From NCBI RefSeq assembly GCF_006345805.1, contig NC_043008.1, positions 22,134,001-22,198,000 of the forward strand: a DNA stretch of 64,000 bases, read 5' to 3'. The notes under the pieces were generated by a model. The model was not told where the DNA came from. It searched no databases and worked only from the letters and a program-made list of their open reading frames with translations. This DNA is from Octopus sinensis. Lineage: Eukaryota. Shown here in pieces: positions 25,546-39,749 of the stretch (positions within the stretch are counted from its first letter, which is position 1; every line of letters begins with the position of its first letter). The position numbers were made by a program, and so were the translations under genes.

Positions 25546-27376
25546 GTTATTGTTATTATTAAGGCTGCGAGCTGGCAGAAACATTAGCATGCCAGGTGAA
25601 ATGCTTAGTGGTATTTCATCTGCCGTTACGTTCTGAGTTCAAATTCCACCGAGGTTGACTTTGCCTTTCATCCTTCTGGGGTCAATTAAATAAGTACCAG
25701 TTACACACTGGGATCGATGTACTGTAATGCTGGGTTGCCCAATGCCTTGTGAGTGAATTTGTTGGACAGAAATTATGTGGAAGCCCATTGTGTGTGTGTG
25801 TGTGCATGTGTGTGTGTGTGTGTGTGATTGTGTTTGTGTGTTTGTCCCTGCTCTGTACACCACTTGACAACTGGGGTGATAGTTGTTTACATCTCCGTAA
25901 CTTAACAGTTCAGTATAAGAGACTGAAAGAACACAAGACTTGAAATCTAAAAGTGCTGGGGTTGATTTGTTTGACTAAAACCCTGCAAGACTGAACCACA
26001 GCATGGCTGCAGTCCAATGAGTGAAACCAGTAAAAGATAAAAGAGTAACTGCAGAGTAGTTCCTCTGAAGTTAATCTGAAGTGTGATCTGATCTCCTTCC
26101 AGCTGAACCATTGCCAAACACACTGTTCTGCACACTTCTTTATCAAACATAAAATCAAAATATCCTTTTATCCTTTAAATTGTTTCAGTCACTGGATTGT
26201 GGCCATGCTGGAGCACCAAAGTGTGAATCAATCTGGAGGTCTGACCAGAGTGGTTAATATGGCTTGGATGGCCAGGGTAGCCAGCAAGTCGTAGGTTTTA
26301 CTATGGAGTGGCCTTTTCCTGAGTGGATTGCTTTTCAGTGTTGGAGTATTCTACCAACCCTAGAGTGGCTTGAAGGGTGTCAAAAGTGATCTCTGGACTA
26401 CCTGAAGGATTCTGCTACTTGATTTGGTTCCCTTTGTTTTTTCCTTTCCAAAAGCACTCCCAAGACAATGAGGGTTTGTGCTTCGAGTTTCTTCCATAAC
26501 ATGCTAATTAACTCACAGCAGGGACTCTGACAGGTGCTGCTATTCCTAGTCAGAGTAGACTTGGGAGCAATAATGGGTAAGAGTTGGTTCCACTCTGTTC
26601 AAACCATTGGAATTCCCAAAGTAGGGCCCTCACCTCCAGATCCAGTTTAATGTCATAACCAGGACCTGCCTCACAACTACTTAGCAATATTCTTTTCAAC
26701 TCTAGGCACAAGACCCAAAATTTTGGGGGAGGGGGCCAGTTGATTAGATCAACCTCAGTACACATCAGGTACGTAATTTATCAACCCCGAAAGGATCGAC
26801 TCCAAAAGTATGAAAGGCAAAGTCAACTACCTAGCAATTTTAACACTAAAGATGGTTAGTTGGCAAAATCATTAGCAAGCCAGGTAAAACACTTAACTTT
26901 ATTTTATCCATCTTCACATTCCGAGTTCAAATGCCACCAAGGTTGACTCTGCCTTTTATCCTTTCGAGGTTAATAAAATAAGTACCAGTTGAATACTTGG
27001 GTCAATGTAATCAACTTAACCCTTCCCCTGAAATTACTCACCTTGTGCTAAAATTTAAAGCTGATATTCACACTAAAAATTATCTCAGATTTCCTTCATG
27101 AAACATAAAATCAGAGAAGGTTAAACAGGTTTTATTTTTTTTGTTTTTGAAAACAAGACAAAAAAAAAGTAACTATATCTGTTTTTTTTTTTTAATTCTA
27201 GTTTTGCAAACATAACACTGAACTGGAGAAATACTGCTGAGATGTCTATTTTAAAACGATATTAGAAGATAACATTTAAATTGAATAGAAAGATATTTGG
27301 GTTCTTCTTCTCTGTTGCCCCCTCACCTCAAATAGCAATTTGTCCTTGTTTTGCTTATTTGATTTTTACTTGTTTG

Positions 27377-27408
<32 letters not shown>

Positions 27409-28708
27409 TACTTTATAGAATACTTTAGAATGCAAATTAATTGACATGGAATAGCAATGCATCACACACATTTACCAACATTCGAATCTGTTTTTATTCC
27501 TGTTTTTTTTCTTTGGGGATGAGGTTTCTTTTCTCCTACTTTATTATTATTGTCGTCGTTGTCGTCATCAACACCAGCATCACCATCACCATCACCATCA
27601 CCATCACCATTATCACCATCATCATTGTCATCATCACCCCCGTCATTGCCGAAATCATCATCGTCATCATTATTGTTGTCGTCGTCGTCATCATCATCAT
27701 CATCGTCATCATTGTTATTATCATTATTACATATTATGTATTACGTACAAGTTGCGCTATTTCCCAAAATTTTTTTGGCTGCAGAAATTTGATGCGGAAT
27801 GAAACCAGATTAAATGTAGAAATTGAAAAAAAAAAAAAGAATGCAACCAAAAAAAAACACAAATAATAAATAAATAAATAGATGGCTAGAAACATATCAA
27901 GTGCTGATAATGGTATTTCAGGTAAAAAGAAAAGCAAAACCAAAAAAAAAAAATATATAAAAAAATGCATAAAGTAACAGATACAAAAGAGCAAGTACAA
28001 AACTGGAATCGGTGAACTTCTGCAAAAAAAAACAAAAAAAAAACAAAAAAAACGGTAAACTTCATTCTATGCCGTTTGTATAGGAATATATAAACATCTT
28101 AATACTGAAAGTATGCTTCCCCACCATCACCACTGCCACCACCACAAAAGAAAAAAAACAATAAAAATAAACGATACATATGTTGCAAATACATACTTAT
28201 AGATAAGCATACAATAACTGCATTCTATGCCACTGATATGCACATTGATGGAAGTATAATTTGTGAGGTACTTCAGTTTGTAAGCAGCAAATCTAAATTT
28301 TGTTTCGCAAATTGTATTTAAACTAAACCATGTTACGTTATTGTTGTCTAAAGATGTTGCAGTTAACGGAATGGTAGTGTTGTTAGATCATTGGGAAAAA
28401 AGATTGCTTTGTGATAATTCTTCTGGCCGTTTGGTATTGAGAGTTCGAATTTCACTCAGGTCATCTTTTTGCAGTTGTGTAGATATCTCTCTCTCTTTCT
28501 CTTTTACTTGTTTCAATCATTTGACTGTGGCCATGCTGGAGCACTGCCTTTAATCGAGCAACTCGACCCTGGGACTTATTCTTTGTGAGCCCAGTACTTA
28601 TTCTATAGGTCTCTTTTGCCGAACTGCTAAGTGATGAGGACATAAACATACCAGCATCGGTTGTCAAACAATGCTAGGGGGACAAACACAAGCACACATA
28701 CATACATG

Positions 28709-28752
<44 letters not shown>

Positions 28753-29352
28753 TACGACAGGCTTCTTTCAGTTTTCATCTACCAAATCCACTCACGAGGC
28801 TTTGGTCGGCCCGAGACTATAGTAGATGATACTTGCCCAAGGTACCATGCAGTGGGACTGAACCTGGAACCATGTGGTTGGTAAACAAGCTACTTACCAC
28901 ACAGCCACTCCTGCGCCTATATGACTGTGTGGTTTTAAGAAGTTCCTTTTGCAGCCATTGTGATTTTGGTGTTCAGTTCCACAGAGTGATACTTTGGGGA
29001 AGTGTCATCTTCAATAGCTCCCCAAAGCTGACCAACCGATTCTTTGTGAGGGAATTTGGTTTATGGAAAGTATGTGGAAGCCCCAACACCAGTGCCGGTA
29101 GCATGTAAAAAGCACTATTTGTGCATGACCGATGTTAGTGTCTCCTGACTGGTACTCATGCTGGTGGCACATAAAAGCACCCACTACACTCTTGGAGTGG
29201 CTGGCGTTAGGAAGGGCATCCAGCAGTAGAAACCTTGCAAAATTAGATTGAAGCCTGGTGCAGCCTCCCAGCTTGCCAGTTCTCTGTCAAACCATCCAAC
29301 CCATGCCAGCAGCGGATGTTAAATGATGGCAATGAGGATGTGTGTTTGCATG

Positions 29353-29398
<46 letters not shown>

Positions 29399-29475
29399 TA
29401 TGTATACACATATATATATATATGTGTATATTCATTTACATCTCTCTCTATATATATATATGTATATACACACAC

Positions 29476-29515
<40 letters not shown>

Positions 29516-30089
29516 TCATTTACATCTCTCTCTACATATATGTACACTTTACATACATACATACATACATATATATATACACATAATTGCCTTTGTGCCA
29601 GTGTTTTTCTGCACCACTGCTTGACAACTAATGTTGGTTTGTTTATGTCCTATAACTTTACGGTTCAGTAAATGATTTCAACAAAATAAGTACCTGACTT
29701 GAGAAATAAAACAGGAGCATCGCTATGTTCAACAGAAAACCCTTCAAAATTGTGACCCAACATGGCTACATTCAGTGATCAAAATAAGTCAAGATACTAG
29801 AGTGTGTCCTGGAGTCAATGCAATCAACTAATTTGCTTGCCTCAAAATCCCAGACTTTTGCCAATTCTTTCTTTTAAAAAGGTGGGAAACTAGCAGAATC
29901 ATTAGATTCATTGTAAAAAAATACTTTGCAGCATTTGTTCCAGCTCTTTATATTCTGAGTTCAAATCTTGTCACTGTTAACTTTGCCATTAATCCCTCCC
30001 AGATTGATGAAATAAAGCACAAGTCAAGTATTGAGATGTTACCTTGTCATATGCAAGATTAAAGAATCTTCTCTTTGCTACACCTCTTT

Positions 30090-30560
30090 CCATTCATTCA
30101 AACCAAACATGACCAGAAAGTTGAAGAGAAAAGAAGAGAGATTGGTGAAAGAAAGAGAACCAAAGTGAGTTAATGAAGGAAGAGTATGTAACATGGCTGA
30201 TAAGAGAAACAGAGTGACAAGAGCAAGATATGAAGCAGTGATAGGCAGCTGTATGCTGGTTGTTGGTGAAGAAGTTGAATAAAAAAAATATGAATGGTAG
30301 AGTGGAAGGGAAATAATTAATAGGAGGTGACAGAAGAAGAAATTAGATTCGAGACGTGTCAAAATTTATAGGGAGGAGTGTGAGAGAAAGGGAATAAAGG
30401 ATTGAAGGATAGCAATAAAACTGAAAAGAGCAAGTGATGAGCAGTAACAGAGATGGTCGACGGCAAGAGAGGGTGGTGATTGTTGAAAAAAGGTATCCTG
30501 GATGAGAGAAAGAGAGATTAAACTTGTCTGGATGAGAGAAAGTATCTGTAAAGTGTAATG
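30090..30560 (-). pseudogene. Highly decayed LINE RT C-terminal fragment (uncertain)
   Basis: Minus-strand peptides TTLSCRR..FYCY and TRLES..YHSYFF loosely recall LINE ORF2 C-termini; many frameshifts. Confidence 0.35.
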
Positions 30561-30651
30561 TGTTTTTTTTAGTGGGCATTGGATGAAAATGGGGTCAATG
30601 GCATCCCTCGTTATGCAGGCATCATGATGGAAAAGAGATAAGGTAAAATTA

Positions 30652-31042
30652 TCTATATATATAAAGCTGAAGTTGTCTGTGTATGGCAGGTTTGGTAGCC
30701 TTCAACTAACATTGTCTCCTCCGAGACCCTGCGGCGCAAGTTGACCAAAATTGAGAGTGTGATAGAAGAAGAATTGTTCTTCCTTCCATTGAAGAAAAAA
30801 TTCAAATCAGACCATGTTAACACCAAAAATTATTTACATCAAAAAGGTGCTTTTTTTCTATGAAAATACCTATTCTTTACGATTTTTTTTACTGCTGTGT
30901 CACTATTTTTCGGTGTATTTCAACCAGAAAAATGTTCACTTAAAGAGAATAACAAGCTACATAATGGAAAATTTTTACTTTTCAAAAATTCCAATTCTAA
31001 AGGGTCGAAACAAACCCGAGCAACGCCGGGCGATACTGCTAG
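30652..31042 (+). mobile_element. Non-autonomous Helitron (family H2)
   Basis: A|TCTATATATATAAAGCTG ... CCCGAGCAACGCCGGG hairpin, CGATACTGCTAG|T; AT target, no TSD. Confidence 0.9.
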
Positions 31043-31721
31043 TAGAATAATAAAGTGATGGTGTGTGAATTGAATAAAAACAGATCCACTGCTGTCCCTT
31101 GTTATACAAGCAGTATGTTACAGAGAATAGGAAAGAGAGAGATAGTCCCGGACATGAGAACAATGAAGAATAAAGACAGTAGCTGATGACTTAACATACA
31201 TGTTCTATCATATGTGTAAGTATAAGAAGTCAGCAAGTCTAAAGATCAAGTGAAAGCAGCAAAAGTTAATATATGATATGTAAACGATGATAATCTTAAT
31301 TACATACAACAAAAAGTTGCAGGAACTTATTGTTAGATTATCATAGCGAGATATATTGGTATTTTGCTCTGCGTTGCCTAATGAATTTTTCATCAGCTCA
31401 TTAAGTAGCGGAATGTCGGTGCATATATCGATATATGTGTGTGCCTATGTTTATATAGGAGTACAATATGGATATGCTCATACATGTGTGTGTATGTGTG
31501 TATATATATATGTGTGTGTTGAAACATATATATGCATGCTCACAACATGCACACACATATACATATTAAGAGAAAGACAGGGGAACATGCAAGATTGTAT
31601 GCGTATGTATTTGTGTGTGTGTGTAAGATATATATATATATATATATATAATATATATATATATGTATGCATATATATATATGTATATATATATATGTAT
31701 ATGTATATATATATATGTATG

Positions 31722-31752
<31 letters not shown>

Positions 31753-31763
31753 ATATATATGTA

Positions 31764-31799
<36 letters not shown>

Positions 31800-31819
31800 C
31801 ACACATATATATATATATA

Positions 31820-31878
<59 letters not shown>

Positions 31879-32642
31879 CGCGTATTTCTGTGTATGTATT
31901 TTATCAAAAGATGAGTCCAACAAAAGATGTTTTGTTCCATTCCATAACACTTCAGGGACTGGAGATGTTCATCAGTTGCACTGATTATGTATCTATTGGT
32001 ACATGATGGTACTTTATTGTTGTTAATGTTGCAACCCTAACCGTAACTAACAAATAATAGACGATGGAAATAGTCCTTTTAGTGATGAGAATGGGAATGA
32101 GAATGAGAATGAAGTTGGAACAAGCTGAAGAATATAATAATTCAGAAAGGGTTGAAAATGGAAAGATAAAAATTAAGAATATTATAATTTAGAAAGATTG
32201 CAAATGATAAACATATAAGTCAATAAATAGATAAAATAATTAATAAAAAGGGGAAACAGTGTTGATATTGACGATAGTTGCAATAGGATAAGGAGTAACA
32301 AGAAAGAAAAATAAAGCCAAAAGAGTAAAATTAAAAAAATATAAAATAAGAATAATAAAATAGAATTGTAAATATGATATAGACAGGGAAATTGATTGAA
32401 AGATAGATTGGAAAATAATTGGGTGGTGGTAGTGGTGGTGGTGGTGGTGGTGGTGGAGGAGCAGAGTGATAAGTTGAAGCCATTGTTCCTCAGAACCCTA
32501 AATCGATTCTGCAGGATAAATGCCTTGTATTGTGTCTCTTCCAATGTTTTTTACACTCTAAGTTCCATTCCTGCTGGTGTCACCTTTACCATTTACCCTT
32601 CCATTGTAGATACTATATAAATATATAATATATATATATACC

Positions 32643-32683
<41 letters not shown>

Positions 32684-32729
32684 TACATATACATACATAC
32701 ATTCATACATATATGCATACATACATACA

Positions 32730-32765
<36 letters not shown>

Positions 32766-32968
32766 TATATATATTGTGAATAGATATAGTAAGTATCATA
32801 TTTAATATTTTACGGCTCAGTTGGGTATATTATCTTTCAATGTTGATTGAGTTGAGGTCAGTTCTGTCTCTAAAACTACTGATATATATATATATATATA
32901 TATTGACAGAATGAGATAAAAAAAAAACCAAGGCAGTAAATAGATTTCATAACATTTATCAAGAAAAG

Positions 32969-33016
32969 GTCTTACAGCTGTTTCCAGGATATTCTATATA
33001 TCTCTTCATCAGAGAC
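32969..33016 (-). ncRNA. Near-complete type I hammerhead ribozyme motif
   Basis: Minus strand: GTCT-CTGATGA-AGAGATATATAGAATATCCTG-GAAAC-AGCT-GTA-AGAC; stem I GTCT/AGAC; the base of stem II is imperfect. Confidence 0.65.
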
Positions 33017-34013
33017 TGTGCGAGAAAATGTTTGAGTATTAATTATTGTAGAGAAGATATGAAATACAGGGAGAAATAAGAGAATGAATATAGAAGTGAG
33101 ATACATAAGGATATTGTATTTGCAGTTCTTTATATACCATTCTACTTGAATAATGAACTCAAGTAGAATGGCAAATATAAGTGGTGAAAAACATTTTTCG
33201 GTGAAGACACCTAATAAGTCATTCCTGTCAAAGACAGAAATGTTGTAACCGAAGTTCGAAATGGTTAATAATCATCCAACATTCTTGGCAGAAAATTTTG
33301 CTGGAATTTCTACATTACAATGCATGTTTATCATCAATCAGAAAATCCAAAATCTATTCATTCTCAAAGGATTCAACAAGCTTTGGAAATTGATTCAAAA
33401 ATTATTTGTCTTGAAGCCGGAAGATATTGTAGTTATAGAAATTTAGATATTAGAATTTTAATCCTCCAGGTTATTTAGTCACATACTTTCTGACTTAAGT
33501 CAAAATGTTAAAGTTGTATTTTATCACTGAATATGATATCACTTGCAATGATTTTACCAGAGGTTAGCAGTAACATTCACGGCCAACCATTTAAGCAAAA
33601 TTATTGTTTTGTTCACCAGAAGGGGAAAAAAATAATGGGAAAAATTAAAATTTAATTAATGAACTTTTGGAAGAACATTAACATAAACCATGCATGAGAG
33701 AAACTAAATGATATCTAATGTTTGGTATGGTGCTGGTACCATGTAAAAGGTACTGGTGACAGTGCCACATACAAAGAACAGGTGGTGGTGCCACATAACA
33801 AGCAGTGGTGGTGGTGCCATGTAAGAAAGGCACCCAGTACACTCCGTAAAGTGGTTGACATTAAGAAGGACATCCAACTGTAGAAACCAAGCCAAAACAG
33901 AGAGTTGGAGCCTGGTGTGGGCCCAGGCCTTGCCTGCTCCTGTCAAGCTGTCCAACCCATCCCAGCATGAAAAACAGATGTTAAATGCTGCAGTTTATGA
34001 TGATGACGATGAA

Positions 34014-34062
<49 letters not shown>

Positions 34063-34158
34063 GTGATGATAGTGATGATGGTGAAGATAGTGATGATGGT
34101 GGTGGTGGTGGTGGTGGTGGTGATGATGATGATGATGATGATGATGATAATGATGATA

Positions 34159-34201
<43 letters not shown>

Positions 34202-35538
34202 GGAGGAGGAGGAGGAGGAGGAGGAGGAGTGTGAGGTAGCAATCAGCAATATTAGAGCAATTTTTGGAAAATATAATTCTTCACTTCAGAAATAATTTTG
34301 GTAGATCCAAAACTGAAATTACAGAAGCCGCAGGTAGACATCATTCAAATTGTTTTACACTTGGGAATGCTTACCAAAACGATGATGATCTAGATTAAAA
34401 ACTTCTAGAGCAGCGGCATGTATATCATGAAGTTTATGGCCAAGATGGAGCAGCAAAAGTTAAAAATCATTTAAAAGAAATCTCAGTAAGAACCATTCTA
34501 TATTTAGCAGTTTTTATGATGGAAAAGGAATGACGATTCAGATCCAAATGGAGAGAGAAACAGAGAAAAGGAAGGGGGAGAGGAAGAAGGAGAGAAAGAA
34601 AAAGAGAGCAATGCATATTGGAAGACAAGGTGACAATGCACTCAAGTATTATAAGAAAAAACAAAGAAAAGTAAAAAAAAAAACTGATCTCTTTACATTA
34701 TTAAAAACATTAAATTTATTATTTGCTGAGACTGATGGAAGTCAATAAACACTTCAAACATAAAACTGCATCTAATTTATAAAATTTCTTCTTTATTTAA
34801 GTTGATTTCCTAATGCTTTTGTTGTTCTTTTTTTTTTTTTGCCATGTGATCCGATGGAAAAATCACTGATATATTTTTCAAAGTTTAGTTATCAGTCAGT
34901 GATTTCATATGTATTTATGTATTCAAATATGGTAGTTTTTCTTGTAGCATGCACTACACACCATAATCAGAATCAGTGTATTCTTGAACATAGTATTTAC
35001 CAGTCTATTACTTGAATCTTAAACAAAAGAAAAGAACTTACTTCGACCTGCCAACACACATCCAAATCCTTTCTTAAAAATTTGAGAACAAATCATCAAA
35101 TAAATAATACCAAAAGCTGCATAGATACAAGAAAATATCATCTGCTCCCCTACTGCCTCAATCTTAAACGAAAGATAAGAACTTACTTCAACTTGCCAAA
35201 GCACATCCAAATCTTTTTTAAGCAAATTTGAAAACAGGCCCTCATTGAATAATTGATAACAGAAGCCATTATTTGAAAATTTTTTGGTGGTTGCAAAATA
35301 TTCTTAATCCCTTGATGAATACAGTTGACTGAGGGGGGCCAAATTAATGGAATTGTGGTTCAAATAATCATATAATCCTGCTTAACTTACATAGGAATTA
35401 ATATATGTCAGACACTGCACAGTTCTAACACAAGGGTGTGTTGTGCACTTTTACTTTCTTGTGCCACAGAAATAAACAAATGCTATGGGTATATGAATAT
35501 CTACATACACATATTTATATGCATGTGTGGTATGTATG

Positions 35539-35574
<36 letters not shown>

Positions 35575-35610
35575 ATATATACATACACCCATATTTATAT
35601 ATATGTATAC

Positions 35611-35659
<49 letters not shown>

Positions 35660-35830
35660 ATTTATTTATATATATATATATTATATATACATATATATAT
35701 ATGTAAATATATATTTACATATATTTATATATATATTATATATGTGTATGTATATTAAACACATGTACAAATAATACATATATATAATACATATGGGGAG
35801 AGTGACATACATAGATAGACTTGTGGGTGA

Positions 35831-35910
<80 letters not shown>

Positions 35911-36557
35911 CTCACAAATGTTAAATAAGAAATGAACATATTCAGAAACGATTATTCTAGATAGCTCTAAATTGATAAGCTTATAGCAGTCAAACAATAA
36001 AATATTCCAAGTCATTAATAACATTTTCTCACTGAATCTTTATGAATTATTATTTCAGATAAAAAAAAAATATTGTAATGCCAAATATAATAAAAGACAA
36101 AAATAATAATAAGTAAATATAATAACATTCTAACAACAACAAAAACAACAACAATAACAGCAGCAACAGTGATAAAGTATTTGAAATTGTGTTTATAACT
36201 TATTCTAGATTCTTATCTATATACATACACACACACACAGATATAGACAGACAGACAGATAGACAGGCAGGCAGGCAGGCAGATAGATAAATCAATGGAT
36301 GGATGAATGGATGGAGAGACAGATAGATAAACAGATACATAGAAATGTTAAAATTGATATCATTTTAAAACAAGTTTAAAGAATAATAAAAGAGCGTGTA
36401 TTGATTGGGCAATTCAGTACTGCGATTAAGGTCAAATCTATTGTCAAGATAGCTTTGACTGGAATTTCTAGCTTTGCCTAATGGTTTATTCAGCCAACTA
36501 AATAAGCCCTTAAGCAAAACTAGAAACCCAGTCAATGAAAAATTTACTGTGCATACA

Positions 36558-36599
<42 letters not shown>

Positions 36600-36893
36600 G
36601 TGAAATAGAAAGATGAATAATCTTGTAGTAGATTAATCAAAAGTTTAACCGATACCTTGGTAGCAAAAATCACAGCAGTAAACAGCACGGTTGGAGGTAC
36701 AACCATATGTGTTGCAACCGTGCGTTGTTGCGGATAATTGAAATTAAAATATTATTGGTGAATTGAAGATGGGAGCTGAACGCAGATTGAACAGAAATCG
36801 TTTTATTTCATTCTACACGTGTTTCGAAACACGTGTAGAATGAAATAAAACGATTTCTGTTCAATCTGCGTTCAGCTCATTTCTTCAATTCAC

Positions 36894-36900
<7 letters not shown>
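36600..36900. mobile_element. Truncated copy of the 52.1-52.5 kb hammerhead element with an inverted duplication
   Basis: 36600-36829 is the reverse complement of 52259-52490; 36751-36900 is a 75+75-bp palindrome centred on TTTCGAAA; (TA)n on both sides. Confidence 0.9.
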
Positions 36901-36940
<40 letters not shown>

Positions 36941-37414
36941 CCAAGAAAAAGAATAGATGCGAACTTAACCGTGGTATGACCAGCATCTTTCCTCATGCCT
37001 CTTGGAACTTATACCCACATTTTTATGAGTAGATTTATCTTTTCTGGAATGTTAATAATCATTTTAAAAACTTTGTATTGTTGGAAAACATATATAGTCT
37101 GCTTGGAACCTTATTTCAGATTCATGGAACTCACTCCTATAACTTCATAAGGATATTTATACTCTCTAAGAATATATGGAAAACCTATATGTGATTTAGC
37201 TGATGAATACTTGACATTATATTTGCTGTAATATTTGCAGCTTGAAATTAAATGTTTTTAGTATGAAACAATTGTACTAAACTACCGATCCATTCTTGTT
37301 GCTTTTTTCTTGGTTATAATCAGCTCACATAATTTTATGGTTAATACCATAAAGAATCCTGATGCATCTAAGTTAAGTACCATATTCATTTGAATCTTAA
37401 TTGTTTTTGCTGAA

Positions 37415-37468
<54 letters not shown>

Positions 37469-37823
37469 GCATATGTATGTATATGTATATATATATGTAT
37501 ATATATGTATATATGTATAGTTGGGAGTATTGATGTCTGGGAGATATCTTATGGTAGTAGAATAGTATTTAACTGCTATTCTAAATTTCGGTATTTGGTG
37601 TGAAGCAATTTTGCTGAACCCTAATTATAATTATGCTTATAATTATAGAATTTTTGCATAAGTTACCGATAATGGTTCTTTTAACAAACCAAGCTACTTG
37701 ATAAAATGATTAATTTTAAATTGATTAATTAATTTTACCCTTTATTATTATTGATATATATATGTGTGTGGTGTGAGTGTGTGTGTGTGTGTGTGTTTAT
37801 GAATATGTATATAATATATTCAT

Positions 37824-37865
<42 letters not shown>

Positions 37866-37888
37866 CACACACACAAATAATATATATA

Positions 37889-37932
<44 letters not shown>

Positions 37933-38018
37933 ACAAATGTTAAATAAGAAATGAATACATTATATTATATATATATATATGTCATATATATATATGTATG
38001 TATATATACACACACATT

Positions 38019-38054
<36 letters not shown>

Positions 38055-38217
38055 TATATATATATATATTATATAAAATGAATGTATGTACATATTTATG
38101 TACATACAGGGAACAGATATAATGCATAGGACAAGACAAATGCATGATAACCATTCTTCAGTAACCATGTGGTTGACTGAAGATTGAAGCAATTTCAGGA
38201 TATTATTAAAAGTATAA

Positions 38218-38570
38218 AGGGACATGGCTCAGTGGTTATAGAATTGAGCTTATTATTGTGCAGTTTTGAGTTCGATTCCTGGACCGGGCTGTGTGCTGTG
38301 CTCTTGAGCAAGACACTTTATTTCACATTGCTCCCATTCATTCAGCTGTAGAAATGAGTTGTGACATCATTGGCACCAAGCTGTATTGGCCTTTGCCCTT
38401 CCTTTGGATAATATCAGTGGCATGGGGAGGGGAGACTGGTGTGCATGGGTGACTGCTGGTCTTCCTTAAGCAACCTTACCTGGGCCTGGGCCTCAGAGGG
38501 TAACTTTCTAGGCACAATCCCATGGTCATTCGTGACTGAATAGGGTCTTTCCTTTATCAATAGAATTACA
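38218..38570 (+). mobile_element. CORE-like tRNA SINE
   Basis: TGGCTCAGTGGTTA A-box, GAGTTCGATTCC B-box, CTTGAGCAAGACACTTTATTTCACATTGCTCC core; reverse partial copy at 49380-49590. Confidence 0.8.
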
Positions 38571-38699
38571 CACTTCAGAGTGCATATAATAAATGTTACT
38601 GGAGAATATTGTGCAGAGGACAGGACAGCAACAGGTATATAAAAATACATGAAAAATTATATACAACAAATATCTAAGTTTGTTAACCTATAGAATCCT

Positions 38700-39595
38700 C
38701 GAGCTCCTCCTCCACTGGATCCTATCAGAAGCAACTCTCACTACACTTTACAGTTGAATTCCCAAGCATGACCGGATATTATCCAACCATCTCATCCTTG
38801 GCCCACTCCTATGTTTCCTGTCAGTTGGCTCAGCTTGAAGAATCTGTCTTGTGATTGTTTCCTGTGACATTCTAATTAGATGTCTGATGTACTGGAGCTA
38901 TTGTTTGTTCCTTCTAGAGCCATGCCTGGCTCATAAGGGCCGGTTTCCCCGGTTTCTTGGCATATAGATTCCCTACCTGGATAGGACGCCAGTCCGTCGC
39001 TGGTGAGCTGCAAGATGCAGGAGGAAAGAGTGAGAAAAAGTTGTGGCAAAGGAGTCAGCAGAAGTTCACCATTACCTTCTGCCGGAGCCACGTGGAGCTT
39101 AGGTGTTTCACTCATAAACACACACATCGTCCGGTCTAAGATTCGAATCCGCGATCCCTCGACCGCATGTCCGCTGCTCTAACCACTAGGCCATGTGCCT
39201 CCACTACTGGAGCTGTACCTTTCAATGCAGAGAAGTAGTGGTTTAGCCTGGAGGGGTTCCTTCATCTCCAAGACATATATACTGTCAAGTAACATTAGCC
39301 CAGTGATGTGGTGAAGGAACTTCATTTCAGCTGCTTGGTTTCGTGATTGTACTTGATTTTTGTTTTTTTTACCCAACATTCATCATCATAGGGGAGGATA
39401 AGCACAAAGACTGAGTCGAAGGTAACAAGTTTGGCATTTTTAGCAATCTCTCTTTTTATTAGGACCAAATGATAGAATAGGCACATTATAATGTTAACAC
39501 CTGCAGTTCCAGCCTCCAATTCAGCCTCCTGCTTCCCATCACTCATGAATATGGTACCAAAATACTTAGATTTCTCCATTTGTTTCAGTGTTATG
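38700..39595 (-). pseudogene. RTE-clade LINE ORF 3' remnant, split by a SINE
   Basis: LKQMEKSKYFGTIFMSDG..., QAAEMKFLHHITG...PLLLCIER, then QLQYIRHLIRM...RQILQAEPT...PRMRWLDNI...ASDRIQWR: typical RTE RT C-terminus. Confidence 0.85.
38900..39204 (-). mobile_element. Full-length V-domain SINE (family D) with 10-bp TSD
   Basis: TSD TACTGGAGCT at 38890-38899 and 39205-39214. Confidence 0.9.
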
Positions 39596-39749
39596 TAATA
39601 AATTTCATACACGAAAATTTCCTAATTTAAGAAATATCCCTTTGAGTTGGAGACAAATCCACATTGTTATATTCTTTTATTCTTTTATTCTTGTATTCTT
39701 TTATTCTTTTATTCTTTTAACAGTTTCAATTGTAAGACTGTGACCATGT

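Noticed and set aside
30325-30365. CAGAAGA...TTCGAGACGTGTC hammerhead-like motif
   Set aside because: Two core substitutions and no stem I pairing.
34720-34770. CTGATG-GAAGT...ACTTC-AAAC hammerhead-like motif
   Set aside because: Two core nucleotides are missing and there is no stem I or III.
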